Source of the DNA: an uncultured Bacteroides sp.
GTDB lineage: Bacteria; Bacteroidota; Bacteroidia; Bacteroidales; Bacteroidaceae
Direction of reading: 5' to 3'
Length of the DNA: 64,000 nt
Assembly: GCA_949285025.1 (NCBI GenBank)
Contig: CASDXG010000015.1
Coordinates: 10,754-74,753 of the forward strand
The translations under genes were made by a program, and so were the position numbers. This document shows, piece after piece, positions 54,190 through 64,000 of the stretch. The notes beneath the pieces are model-generated. The model worked only from the letters and a program-made list of their open reading frames with translations, had not been told where the DNA came from and ran no database searches. Numbering within the stretch: the first letter of the stretch is position 1; the number at the start of each line of letters is the position of its first letter.

Positions 54190-54864
54190 ATGTGGTTAAG
54201 TAATTCATCTATTGGAAGGAAGGTGGTGATGAGCGTGACTGGCATTGCCCTTGTCCTTTTTTTGACATTTCACATGGCGATGAACCTTGTTGCATTGTTT
54301 TCCGGTGAGGCATACAATGCAGTTTGTGAATTCTTAGGCGCCAATTGGTATGCCTTAATTGCTACGGTTGCTTTGGCAGCTCTCTTCGTGATTCACATCC
54401 TGTATGCGTTTTGGCTGACTATTCAAAACCGTGCGGCTCGGGGAAATGAACGCTATGCTGTTAGTGCACGTCCCAAAAATGTTGAATGGGCTTCTCAAAA
54501 CATGCTTGTTTTAGGCATTATCGTTATTTTGGGATTAGGCCTGCATTTTGCTAATTTTTGGTATAAAATGCAATTTGCTGAGATTATCGGAGATCCGATG
54601 ATGGGCGGTCTTCATGCTACCGATGGATATGGTTATATTATGCAAACCTTTTCCAATCCGGTATTGTTTGTGTTATATCTGGTTTGGCTGGCCGCTTTGT
54701 GGTTCCATCTGACGCATGGATTCTGGAGTGCAATGCAGACATTAGGTTGGAATAATACAATATGGATAAACCGTTGGAAGTGTATTTCTAATATTTATTC
54801 TACAATTATTGTATTAGGTTTTGCGTTGGTTGCAATTGTTTTTTTCTGCAAGAATTTGTGTTAA
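54190..54864 (+). CDS. frdC: Fumarate reductase/succinate dehydrogenase cytochrome b subunit
   Basis: SSIGRKVVMSVTG, heme-ligating His in TM helices, HLTHGFWS. Promoter TActTTTG at 54113-54120. Confidence 0.92.
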   Translation: MWLSNSSIGRKVVMSVTGIALVLFLTFHMAMNLVALFSGEAYNAVCEFLGANWYALIATVALAALFVIHILYAFWLTIQNRAARGNERYAVSARPKNVEWASQNMLVLGIIVILGLGLHFANFWYKMQFAEIIGDPMMGGLHATDGYGYIMQTFSNPVLFVLYLVWLAALWFHLTHGFWSAMQTLGWNNTIWINRWKCISNIYSTIIVLGFALVAIVFFCKNLC

Positions 54865-54980
54865 TCAGGTAATTGTATGAAAATATCCGGCGCAGGGTGC
54901 GGACATATTCCTAATGTTCCTCTGTATGGGATAGAATTATTTTCTAAGACAGTGCAATTATCTTAAAAAAAGAATACATT

Positions 54981-56930
54981 ATGACTAAAATAATAGACTC
55001 TAAAATACCTGAAGGTCCGATAGCAGAAAAATGGACCAATTATAAAGCTCATCAGAAATTGGTGAATCCGGCTAATAAACGTCGCCTGGATATTATTGTA
55101 GTAGGTACCGGTTTGGCTGGTGCTTCGGCTGCAGCTTCTTTGGGCGAGATGGGATTCCGTGTGTTTAATTTCTGTATTCAGGATTCTCCTCGTCGCGCAC
55201 ATTCTATTGCGGCTCAGGGCGGAATCAATGCTGCAAAAAACTACCAAAACGATGGAGACTCCGTTTATCGTTTGTTTTACGATACGGTAAAAGGAGGAGA
55301 TTATCGTGCTCGTGAAGCGAATGTTTATCGTTTGGCTGAAGTATCAAACAACATTATTGATCAATGTGTGGCACAAGGTGTTCCTTTTGCCCGTGAATAT
55401 GGCGGTACGCTTGCGAATCGTTCTTTCGGAGGTGCGCAGGTTTCTCGTACATTTTATGCGAAAGGTCAGACCGGACAGCAGTTGTTACTTGGTGCTTATT
55501 CCGCATTAAGCCGTCAGGTTGGTGCAGGAACAGTAAAACTGTATACCCGTTATGAGATGGAAGATGTGGTAATTATTGATGGGCGTGCCCGCGGTATTAT
55601 TGCCAAGAATCTTGTGACCGGTAAATTGGAACGTTTCGCTGCACATGCCGTAGTAATCGCAACCGGAGGTTATGGAAATACATATTTCTTGTCAACGAAT
55701 GCAATGGCTTGTAACTGTTCTGCAGCGATGGCTTGTTATCGTAAAGGGGCTTGGTTCGCAAATCCTGCATACGTACAGATTCATCCGACCTGTATTCCTG
55801 TGCATGGTGACAAGCAATCTAAACTGACATTGATGTCAGAATCTTTGAGAAATGACGGACGTATTTGGGTTCCGAAGAAGTTGGAAGATGCAAAAGCATT
55901 GCAAGCCGGGACAAAACAAGGCCGTGATATTCCGGAGGAAGACCGCGATTATTATTTGGAACGCCGTTATCCTGCATTCGGAAATCTGGTTCCTCGTGAT
56001 GTTGCATCTCGTGCGGCTAAAGAACGTTGCGATAAAGGTTACGGTGTAAACAACACCGGTTTGGCTGTTTTCCTTGATTTTTCAGAAGCAATCAACCGTT
56101 TGGGTAAGGATGTTGTTGCTCAGCGTTATGGAAATCTTTTCGATATGTACGAAGAGATTACAGATGTAAGTCCTTATGAGAATCCGATGATGATTTATCC
56201 GGCTATCCATTATACGATGGGAGGTATTTGGGTTGATTATGAATTGCAGACGTCAATTAAGGGATTGTTCGCTATCGGTGAATGTAATTTCTCGGATCAT
56301 GGAGCCAACCGTTTGGGAGCTTCTGCATTGATGCAAGGTTTGGCTGACGGATATTTCGTATTGCCTTATACCATTCAAAACTATCTGGCAGATCAGATTA
56401 CCGTTCCTCGTTTCTCTACCGACCTGCCGGAATTCGTAGAAGCTGAAAAGGCTGTTCAAGATAAGATAGACCATTTGATGAACATCAAAGGAAAGAAATC
56501 GGTAGATTCTATCCATAAAGAATTAGGACGCGTCATGTGGGAATATGTAGGAATGGCCCGTACCGAAGAAGGATTGAAGACCGGTTTAGCCAAACTGAAG
56601 GAAATCCGTAAGGAATTTGAAACCGAATTGTTTATTCCGGGTACGAAAGAAGGCCTGAATGTCGAATTGGACAAGGCGATTCGTCTGAACGATTTCATCA
56701 CGATGGGAGAACTGATTGCTTATGATGCTTTGAACCGTAATGAATCTTGTGGAGGTCATTTCCGTGAAGAATATCAGACGGAAGAAGGTGAAGCAAAACG
56801 TGATGATGAGAATTACTTCTATGTTGCTTGCTGGGAATACCAGGGAAGTGATGATAAAGCTCCGGTTCTTTATAAGGAACCGCTGGTTTACGAAGCAATC
56901 AAAGTGCAGACTCGTAATTACAAGAGCTAA
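54981..56930 (+). CDS. frdA: Fumarate reductase/succinate dehydrogenase flavoprotein
   Basis: [22 protein letters not shown] and HGANRLG motifs. Confidence 0.95.
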   Translation: MTKIIDSKIPEGPIAEKWTNYKAHQKLVNPANKRRLDIIVVGTGLAGASAAASLGEMGFRVFNFCIQDSPRRAHSIAAQGGINAAKNYQNDGDSVYRLFYDTVKGGDYRAREANVYRLAEVSNNIIDQCVAQGVPFAREYGGTLANRSFGGAQVSRTFYAKGQTGQQLLLGAYSALSRQVGAGTVKLYTRYEMEDVVIIDGRARGIIAKNLVTGKLERFAAHAVVIATGGYGNTYFLSTNAMACNCSAAMACYRKGAWFANPAYVQIHPTCIPVHGDKQSKLTLMSESLRNDGRIWVPKKLEDAKALQAGTKQGRDIPEEDRDYYLERRYPAFGNLVPRDVASRAAKERCDKGYGVNNTGLAVFLDFSEAINRLGKDVVAQRYGNLFDMYEEITDVSPYENPMMIYPAIHYTMGGIWVDYELQTSIKGLFAIGECNFSDHGANRLGASALMQGLADGYFVLPYTIQNYLADQITVPRFSTDLPEFVEAEKAVQDKIDHLMNIKGKKSVDSIHKELGRVMWEYVGMARTEEGLKTGLAKLKEIRKEFETELFIPGTKEGLNVELDKAIRLNDFITMGELIAYDALNRNESCGGHFREEYQTEEGEAKRDDENYFYVACWEYQGSDDKAPVLYKEPLVYEAIKVQTRNYKS

Positions 56931-56963
56931 TCTGTGAAGTTAAATTATTAAAGATTCTTAGAC

Positions 56964-57719
56964 ATGGATAAAAATATATCATTTACGCTTAAAGTTTGGC
57001 GTCAGAACGGACCGAAAGAAAAAGGTCATTTCGATACATTCCAGATGGAAGATATTCCCGGCGATACTTCATTCTTGGAGATGTTGGATATCTTGAACGA
57101 GCAATTGATTGAAGCAGGGAAAGAGCCGGTTGTATTTGATCATGATTGTCGTGAAGGCATTTGCGGCATGTGTTCCTTATACATAAACGGGCATCCGCAT
57201 GGTCCTGCAACGGGAGCTACTACTTGTCAGATTTATATGCGTCGTTTCAACGATGGTGATGTAATTACAGTTGAGCCGTGGCGTTCTGCAGGGTTCCCCG
57301 TAATCAAGGACTTGATGGTAGACCGTTCTGCTTACGATAAGATTATGCAGGCAGGCGGATTTATCAGCGTCCGTACAGGAGCTCCTCAAGATGCGAATGC
57401 TGTTCTTATTCCGAAACCGGTAGCTGATGAGGCAATGGATGCGGCATCTTGTATTGGTTGTGGTGCATGTGTAGCTGCATGTAAGAATGGGTCTGCGATG
57501 TTGTTCGTCTCTGCGAAAGTAAGTCAGTTGAACTTGCTTCCTCAAGGAAAACCTGAAGCGTTGCGCCGTGCAAAAGCGATGTTGGCGAAGATGGATGAAC
57601 TGGGCTTCGGAAACTGTACGAATACACGTGCTTGTGAGGCCGAATGTCCGAAATGTGTTTCTATCAGCAATATTGCCCGTTTGAACAGAGATTTCATTAA
57701 AGCGAAATTGAAAGACTGA
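56964..57719 (+). CDS. frdB: Fumarate reductase/succinate dehydrogenase iron-sulfur subunit
   Basis: [20 protein letters not shown] and [12 protein letters not shown] motifs. Confidence 0.95.
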   Translation: MDKNISFTLKVWRQNGPKEKGHFDTFQMEDIPGDTSFLEMLDILNEQLIEAGKEPVVFDHDCREGICGMCSLYINGHPHGPATGATTCQIYMRRFNDGDVITVEPWRSAGFPVIKDLMVDRSAYDKIMQAGGFISVRTGAPQDANAVLIPKPVADEAMDAASCIGCGACVAACKNGSAMLFVSAKVSQLNLLPQGKPEALRRAKAMLAKMDELGFGNCTNTRACEAECPKCVSISNIARLNRDFIKAKLKD

Positions 57720-57746
57720 TTTGTCTGGAATTTTGCGGAAAGAAAA

Positions 57747-57792
57747 TAAAAGGACTCCCGAGTCGGATGAGCCGATTCGGGGGTTCTTTTTT
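57747..57792 (+). terminator. Terminator after frdB
   Basis: aaaaggactcccgagtcgg...ccgattcgggggttctttttt. Confidence 0.8.
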
Positions 57793-57795
57793 ATT

Positions 57796-57856
57796 GAAAG
57801 GCCTCATTGTTTTTATGAAAACGGGCCGATGTTTTTGTAAAAGGATTCGTCCTTTT
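57796..57856. repeat. Array of three AAAAS-N8-STTTT units at 21-22 bp period
   Basis: gaaag-gcctcatt-gtttt (57796), aaaac-gggccgat-gtttt (57818), aaaag-gattcgtc-ctttt (57839). Confidence 0.65.
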
Positions 57857-57863
57857 ATATCGT

Positions 57864-58830
57864 TTATTTGTGATTTAATTGGTTACGAACCTGATCGAAT
57901 GAAGCATCTTTAAGAACGATTTGTTTATTGGAATCCAACAGATAGAGAGAAGGCATTGTTTTTAAATCGTATAATGCACCGTCTTTGATGCACATGCGGT
58001 CATTACCTACAGCCCATGTATTCGGTATTTCCGATAAGTTGCGTAGCCATACGTCTTCGTCTCCTTCGGTGTATATGGCCAAAATACTTAATTTCCCGCC
58101 GGAAACGGCTTTTTCAAGAGTCCTGTCATTTATCATTTCTTTTAAGAGTTTGTGGCAGCTGGGGCAGTCCGGGTCGTAAAAAACGAGCAGTAAATATTGC
58201 CCTTTTACCGCTGTTTGTGCCAATGTCTTATATTTCCCGTTGGGGAGGTTAATAGGTAAACGATGTGGCTTCTTCTCCCGGCCGGTTGCGGCTTATCAGC
58301 TTCAGACGGAAATTCAGACGGCTTTTTTCTGCTTCACTTAAAAAATTACTCTTCGTCATACGTTGCAGATAAACGGCATAAATGTTTTCATTATAGCAGG
58401 GAGAGTTCGGATCGAATAAGTAATCATCGAATAAATCCATGAAGACGTGTCGTGATAATTCTGATTTTTCCATTGCAGAACATAACCGCTGGATGCTTGA
58501 GGAAAGGGCTTCGGTATTTATAGACGGCGCGTTTAGCAGAGCGATTTGTTTTGAAAATCCTTGTTCAATGATGTCGCGGTTCTTGACGAGGGCTGTATCG
58601 GTGAAATCGAAATTATCCCATAAATGTTCTAAAAGAAAGGCCTTCCGTTCTTCCTGCGCGGTTATCGTTGTTGGGATTTCCGGAAACGGAAATTTGTCTT
58701 TCTGCGATAGTTCAGATACTTGTGTTGTTCTTGTATCATTCTGTTTCTCGGAATGTTTTGTCCGATTATTGCATCCGTAAAATATGGAACAGGCAAAAAC
58801 GGTTAATAGGAAATAAGAAATTGATTTCAT
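57864..58830 (-). pseudogene. DUF5106/thioredoxin-like lipoprotein split by a 1-bp frameshift (pseudogene or sequencing error)
   Basis: ORF 58249-58830 (lipoprotein signal, HLWDNFDF, NRPGEEATSFTY*) continues in a +1 frame as LPNGKYKTLAQT...FYDPDCPSC (57864-58223). Confidence 0.75.
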
Positions 58831-58832
58831 TT

Positions 58833-59948
58833 TTAAATGAGTTTATAGATACCACCGGCCAGTGTCCGAATGATTCCTTTCATTTCCAGTTCAAAAAGCG
58901 GGGTTGTGATATGATTTACGGCGATGTTACTTTCTACGATTAGTGCATTGAGTTGGATTCCTTCCGGATGCTTCCCGATAAGTGAAACAAGAAGTTCTTC
59001 ATTAGGAGTTAAGTCGGGGAAAAGCTGACGTTGTATTGTTTCGGGAATTTTTTTGGATGGTTTGTCCCAATTCATGGCCTTTATAAACTCATCAGCACTT
59101 TGTAAAAGAACGGCTTGATTATTACGTATCAGATTATTGCATCCGGCGGAAAAAGGATCATTCGTGCGTCCCGGGAAAGCAAAACATTCACGGTTGTAAC
59201 TGTTTGCGATGTCTGCTGTGATTAATGAACCGCCTTTTTCTGCAGATTCTACGACAATCGTAGCATCGCTCATCCCGGCTATGATTCGGTTTCGTCTGAT
59301 AAAGTTTTGTCGTTCCGGTCGTGTCTTATCGGGAAATTCGGTAATTAATCCTCCATGTTCTGTCATTTCAGCTGCAGTGTTTCGGTGGAGTGGAGGATAA
59401 ATGCGGTCTAATCCGTGTGCTAATACTGCGATGGTTTCTAATCCATATTGTAATGCTGCCCGGTGTGCCTGTATATCGATTCCGTAAGCTAATCCGCTGA
59501 TGATTAATGTGTCTGGCAGGACTTCTTTCAGATCTTTCAGAAAACTGAAGCAAAGCTCTTTCCCGTATTCGGTTGCATTCCGTGTTCCTACGATGCTGAT
59601 AATATGTTGTTTATTTAAATCGGCGGTTCCCTTGTAGAATAATACTAAGGGGGCGTCTGTACATTCCCTTAATCGTGAGGGGTATGCCTCGTCGGCTTCG
59701 GTAAGACAGACTATGTTGTTTTTTTCGGCAAATAGCAGCTCAGCCTCGCATTGGCGGAGAATGTTCGGGCAAAGCAATGCATCGGAGATTCTTTTTGACA
59801 GTCCGGGAATGATATTGTGAAGGTTTTCCCGTTCTTCAAAGATTCGGCTTGCATTTCCTGCAATCTTCAGTAAGTTGCGGGCGCCTGTAATTCCCAGTCC
59901 GGGAATACGGGTAAGTGCCATCCGGAAAAGGGTTTCGTTGTTCTTCAT
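58833..59948 (-). CDS. dprA: DNA-processing protein DprA
   Basis: IVGTRNATEYG, SGLAYGID, RNRIIAG and GGSLITA motifs. Confidence 0.95.
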   Translation of the reverse strand: MKNNETLFRMALTRIPGLGITGARNLLKIAGNASRIFEERENLHNIIPGLSKRISDALLCPNILRQCEAELLFAEKNNIVCLTEADEAYPSRLRECTDAPLVLFYKGTADLNKQHIISIVGTRNATEYGKELCFSFLKDLKEVLPDTLIISGLAYGIDIQAHRAALQYGLETIAVLAHGLDRIYPPLHRNTAAEMTEHGGLITEFPDKTRPERQNFIRRNRIIAGMSDATIVVESAEKGGSLITADIANSYNRECFAFPGRTNDPFSAGCNNLIRNNQAVLLQSADEFIKAMNWDKPSKKIPETIQRQLFPDLTPNEELLVSLIGKHPEGIQLNALIVESNIAVNHITTPLFELEMKGIIRTLAGGIYKLI

Positions 59949-60352
59949 TGGTCGAAATAAGGAGAAAAAATCGTATTGAATAATTCACTGTCGCTTAAGC
60001 GGCCGCTGATGAGGCAAACGGTTTCAACAGTCGATTTCAAGACCGGTTTCATATCGGGAAGCCGGAAAATATCTTGGTAGAATACATATTTGATACCTTC
60101 TTTTTTCAGGTACAATTTTGAAACAAATTCGTCTCCGCTGCGTAAAGGAGCTTTGAATGCCATTGTTATCCGGGCAACTACCGGGTCGATTTTTTCTTCG
60201 TGCAGGCGGGAGAAACTGATTCCTGTAGAGAGAAGGAACTCATGTCGTGTGTGTTCTATGTAGTGCTGATAGTTGGCATTATTTACGATACCTTGCAAAT
60301 CACACTCATAGTCTCGTACTTTCATCTGCAGTTCATAGATATACTTTCCCAT
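59945..60352 (-). CDS. Acyl-CoA thioesterase (4HBT/YbgC family)
   Basis: VRDYECDLQGIVNNANY motif. Promoter at 60397-60404. Confidence 0.9.
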   Translation of the reverse strand: MGKYIYELQMKVRDYECDLQGIVNNANYQHYIEHTRHEFLLSTGISFSRLHEEKIDPVVARITMAFKAPLRSGDEFVSKLYLKKEGIKYVFYQDIFRLPDMKPVLKSTVETVCLISGRLSDSELFNTIFSPYFDQ

Positions 60353-60421
60353 ACATCTGTTCTATAATCTTGTTAAGTGAGTAAATTCATCTTTTACAAA
60401 GATACGTAAAATGAGTATTTA

Positions 60422-61702
60422 TCATCGGAGAGGTTCTGTTGTTTGTTTTAAATATTCGTAACCAATCCGGCAGAACAAGCACTTTTTTGTATCGCAATAT
60501 TGTTTTTTCAGTTGGATGAGTGCCTGACTGTCTCCGGCATGGGCCGCCTCTATTCCGCATTCTTTCCACATGCGGGTAATATAATTGTTTTCGGGTTTGA
60601 GCTCTTCCAATAGCCTGTTTGCACGATTATATAATGATTCATTGCATTTATGTTTCCCGAACGCATATAGAAAGGGGATGACGGTATTGATAATAAGCAG
60701 GTCGATGGATGACGAACTTAATGTTCTTGGTTGTGGAGGAACAGGATGGCCGAAAGAATAATGTGTCAGCCAGTATTCGGATGTTCCGCCTTTCAGCAGT
60801 TCGCGAAGCTGTTTCAGAGTAGCAGATTCGGTCAGTTGTGAGAGCAATCCTTGTGAACGGTGGTATAAACAGGCCAGTTGCGCGATACGTATATGCGGGA
60901 AATTTCCCGGGCGCAGCCGTAAGAAACGCCATCGACATTCGACCGAAGGTCGGAGATTGAATTTGTGCTTCAGATAAGCATATTCCGAGATAAGGCTTTT
61001 TATATACTCATCCGTAGGCAATTCTTCCAGGAGTCCTGCTTGTCCGAAAAAGAACGCTTCTATTTGAAAGAGATTGTCCCGGTGCTTGTTTACGGCATAA
61101 AGAGGAATCTGCTTTGCCCATAACTCAAAAGCGTCGCTGTTTACTCCGAATCCGAAATTGCGGGAAAGAATGATAAAGAATACGGATTCCCAATCGTTTT
61201 CATTGGCCGATAAATATTGTTCAATCTGCCGTGTCTTTCCTTCGAACCGTTCTGTTTGAAGTGTAGACAGCCAGCTGTGGAGCTGTAAGGCAGACATCTT
61301 TTTAATGATATTCTTGCATGGAGGATACGGAGCGTCTTTTAATAAATTCTCATAATTGCGGAATAATGCCGGAGGACAATGCAGTTCTAATTGCGGAATA
61401 GGCGTTCCGTCTGTCCTTTTGGGTTCGGCGTCTATATCAGAAGCTACGTGCAGTATGACCGAATCGTAGTTTTTGTCTGTATGATGGCTGTGCCGTATCC
61501 AGTCGGAAGCCCGTTCATGAATCTCCACATTCCCTACCCATGTGACGTCACCGATTTTGATTTTAGCATTAAAGAAATCCGGTCCGGCGTGTATGTTTTG
61601 TATACCGGGGTCGATAATTTCAATTGTTTCCCCTTTGGTCGTTTGTAAAAGTTTGAGTGGGAAAAGCTTGTGTTTCCAGACATAGTATAAGAGTTGTTCC
61701 AT
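60422..61702 (-). CDS. DUF2851 family protein
   Basis: GPDFFNAKI...WVGNVEIH, RLRPGNFP and C-terminal YC..KKCL.CRIG. Confidence 0.85.
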   Translation of the reverse strand: MEQLLYYVWKHKLFPLKLLQTTKGETIEIIDPGIQNIHAGPDFFNAKIKIGDVTWVGNVEIHERASDWIRHSHHTDKNYDSVILHVASDIDAEPKRTDGTPIPQLELHCPPALFRNYENLLKDAPYPPCKNIIKKMSALQLHSWLSTLQTERFEGKTRQIEQYLSANENDWESVFFIILSRNFGFGVNSDAFELWAKQIPLYAVNKHRDNLFQIEAFFFGQAGLLEELPTDEYIKSLISEYAYLKHKFNLRPSVECRWRFLRLRPGNFPHIRIAQLACLYHRSQGLLSQLTESATLKQLRELLKGGTSEYWLTHYSFGHPVPPQPRTLSSSSIDLLIINTVIPFLYAFGKHKCNESLYNRANRLLEELKPENNYITRMWKECGIEAAHAGDSQALIQLKKQYCDTKKCLFCRIGYEYLKQTTEPLR

Positions 61703-61784
61703 TGTTAATGAGGTGTAAATGTTGGGTAAAAGTAATGATTAATAATGAAAAACGCTATCTTTGCCAATAAAAAATATAGGATTT

Positions 61785-62540
61785 ATGAAAATAGCATTAA
61801 TAGGATATGGGAAAATGGGGAAGGAAATTGAGCGGATTGCTCTTTCCAGAGGCCATGATATTGTAAGTATTATCGATATAAATAATAGGGAAGATTTTTC
61901 TTCGGAGGCATTCCGTTCTGCCGATGTGGCAATTGAATTTACAACTCCTACTACGGCTTATGACAACTGTATGAAGGCCTTCAGAGAAGGAGTAAAAGTC
62001 GTTTCAGGAAGTACGGGCTGGATGAGTAGCCATGAGAGTGAGATGCGTCGCTTATGTGCTGAAGAGGGAAAGACATTGTTCTGGTCGTCCAATTTCAGTT
62101 TGGGGGTGGCTATTTTCTCTGCAGTTAACAACTATCTGGCGAAAATTATGAATGCTTTTCCCGGTTACGATGTGTCAATGACAGAGACACATCATATTCA
62201 TAAGCTTGATGCTCCAAGCGGTACCGCGATTACTCTGGCGGAAAATATCTTGAAGAATCTCGACCGGAAAGAGAAATGGGTGATGGGTACATTGACATCG
62301 CCCGATGGAACTGTAAGCGGGAAAAACGAGTTTGCTCCGGAAGAATTGCCGATAAATGCCATTCGTCGGGGAGAAGTGCCGGGTATTCATACGGTGCGTT
62401 ATGAGTCGGAAGCCGATTCTATCATTATTACACACGATGCAAAGAATCGGAAGGGCTTCGCCCTCGGAGCTGTTCTTGCTGCCGAATATACGGCTTTGCA
62501 TACAGGATTTTTAGGAATGAACGATTTATTTCAGTTTTAA
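61785..62540 (+). CDS. dapB: 4-hydroxy-tetrahydrodipicolinate reductase
   Basis: GYGKMG and ETHHIHKLDAPSGTA motifs. ATG 61785 lies downstream of promoter TAtcTTTG (61756-61763). Confidence 0.96.
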   Translation: MKIALIGYGKMGKEIERIALSRGHDIVSIIDINNREDFSSEAFRSADVAIEFTTPTTAYDNCMKAFREGVKVVSGSTGWMSSHESEMRRLCAEEGKTLFWSSNFSLGVAIFSAVNNYLAKIMNAFPGYDVSMTETHHIHKLDAPSGTAITLAENILKNLDRKEKWVMGTLTSPDGTVSGKNEFAPEELPINAIRRGEVPGIHTVRYESEADSIIITHDAKNRKGFALGAVLAAEYTALHTGFLGMNDLFQF

Positions 62541-62543
62541 GCT

Positions 62544-64000
62544 ATGGTAAAAGCATCACGTAAACAGTGGATAAGGTTTGGTATCGTACTGGCATTGTAT
62601 TTATTGTTTCTGCTATGGCTGCGAAGTTGGTTGGGATTGGTTGTTGTTCCTTTCATCTTTGATGCTTACATCACCAAGAAAATCCCATGGGATTGGTGGA
62701 GACGTTCCAAGAACAAGACCGTACGCTCTATTATGGGATGGGTGGATGCTATTGTATTTGCTACGGTAGCGATTTACTTCGTCAATCTCTATTTTTTTCA
62801 GAATTATGTGATACCTTCTTCTTCATTAGAGAAGTCGTTGTTGGTAGGCGATTATTTATTTGTAAGTAAAATAAGCTATGGAGCGCGTGTCCCTCAGACG
62901 CCGTTGCATTTCCCTTTTACCCAGCATACAATACCCGGATTGAATTGTAAATCGTATTTAGAGTGGCCGAAATGGGATTATAAACGGGTGAAAGGTACGG
63001 GAACGGTGCGGCTGAACGATATTGTTGTCTTTAACTTCCCGGCAGGAGACAGTGTTGCGGCAAAAGCTCAGGCGGAAGGTTTATATCAGTTGGCTTACCC
63101 GATAGGGAAACAATTAGCCCGTCCTGTCGATTGGGAAAAACTGGATTTGGAACAGCAGAGGCAGGTCTTCGAGTTTTATTACCAAAGCGGTTTGAAGTAC
63201 ATAAAAGAGCATCCTGAAGACTTTGGTGAAATAATTTCCCGTCCTGTTGACCGTAGGGAGAACTATGTTAAACGTTGTGTCGGTTTGCCCGGACAAACGC
63301 TTGAAATAAAAGACCGTATTGTTTATTTGGACGGACAGCCGAACAAGGAACCCGATAATGTGGAATATCGTTATGAAGTTCGTTTTAAACATATACGTCC
63401 CGAACTGTGGAGTGAACTGTTTATGCCGAACTCCATGATGTCTGCCTATACGCTTTGTCCGGGAAAGACCATGAAGGATATAGAAAGTTATCTCGGCTTG
63501 CCTGAAGATTTAATCGAGGAATGTGGGCTCAGCGCAGATGATTTGGCCGGAAGCATTTCGGAGAACGGAACACTTTGTGTGCCGCTTACTGCCCATGCGA
63601 AATCGTTGCTTGAGGCAAGGACCGATATTGTTGAGTCGGTTTCATATATTCCGGGAGGTGATGCCGGCGGTTTGTATCCGTTGAATAAGCGGACCGGATG
63701 GACAATTGACAACTATGGGCCGGTATGGATTCCGAAGAAAGGCGAAACGATTGAACTGAATCTGGACAATCTGCCTCTGTACGAACGTCCTATTACGCAT
63801 TATGAAAATAATACACTTACGGTGAAAAACGGCAAGATTTATATAAACGGAGAAGAGACCACACGCTATACATTCAAGATGGATTATTATTGGATGATGG
63901 GAGACAACCGGCATAATTCTGCCGATTCACGCTTTTGGGGATTTGTACCGGAGGACCATATTGTAGGAAAACCTATATTTATCTGGCTGTCTTTAGACCA
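62544..64000 (+). CDS. lepB: Signal peptidase I (runs off window end)
   Basis: Not in the ORF track because it is truncated. Frame from ATG 62544 gives [33 protein letters not shown] and [17 protein letters not shown]. Confidence 0.93.
   Translation, partial: MVKASRKQWIRFGIVLALYLLFLLWLRSWLGLVVVPFIFDAYITKKIPWDWWRRSKNKTVRSIMGWVDAIVFATVAIYFVNLYFFQNYVIPSSSLEKSLLVGDYLFVSKISYGARVPQTPLHFPFTQHTIPGLNCKSYLEWPKWDYKRVKGTGTVRLNDIVVFNFPAGDSVAAKAQAEGLYQLAYPIGKQLARPVDWEKLDLEQQRQVFEFYYQSGLKYIKEHPEDFGEIISRPVDRRENYVKRCVGLPGQTLEIKDRIVYLDGQPNKEPDNVEYRYEVRFKHIRPELWSELFMPNSMMSAYTLCPGKTMKDIESYLGLPEDLIEECGLSADDLAGSISENGTLCVPLTAHAKSLLEARTDIVESVSYIPGGDAGGLYPLNKRTGWTIDNYGPVWIPKKGETIELNLDNLPLYERPITHYENNTLTVKNGKIYINGEETTRYTFKMDYYWMMGDNRHNSADSRFWGFVPEDHIVGKPIFIWLSLD

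Noticed and set aside
57796-57856. Phased arrays as mini-CRISPR
   Set aside because: Variable parts are only 8 bp, flanks are degenerate, and no cas genes are present.
58223-58260. Programmed frameshift or stop readthrough in the DUF5106 gene
   Set aside because: The downstream part is out of frame, so readthrough would not help, and no slippery heptamer or stimulatory structure was seen.

Overview
A 64 kb core-chromosome segment of a Bacteroidales bacterium (Bacteroides/Phocaeicola-like, judged from the TAnnTTTG promoters and gene content). It is almost entirely housekeeping: nadA, mutS, tRNA-Gln, tyrS, rnpA, metK with a SAM-II riboswitch, queA, truB, miaB, leuS, polA, uvrC, mnmG, parE, frdCAB, dprA, dapB and lepB. 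The window appears to be origin-proximal. A perfect parS sits downstream of mnmG, and the AT-rich trmH-nadA intergenic region (about 3.4-3.85 kb) has DnaA-box-like motifs and an apparent strand-skew switch, making it a candidate oriC with no adjacent dnaA. The most unusual signal is a dispersed family of intergenic arrays of an AAAAS-N8-STTTT motif (S = C/G) repeated at a 21-22 bp period in at least 8 intergenic regions. Other points of note are a DeoC with a His/Cys-rich N-terminal extension, a DUF5106 gene split by one extra base, an orphan outer-membrane barrel, an orphan GH95, and two candidate leaderless genes. No CRISPR array, IS, integrase or prophage was seen. All calls were made by eye without database searches.
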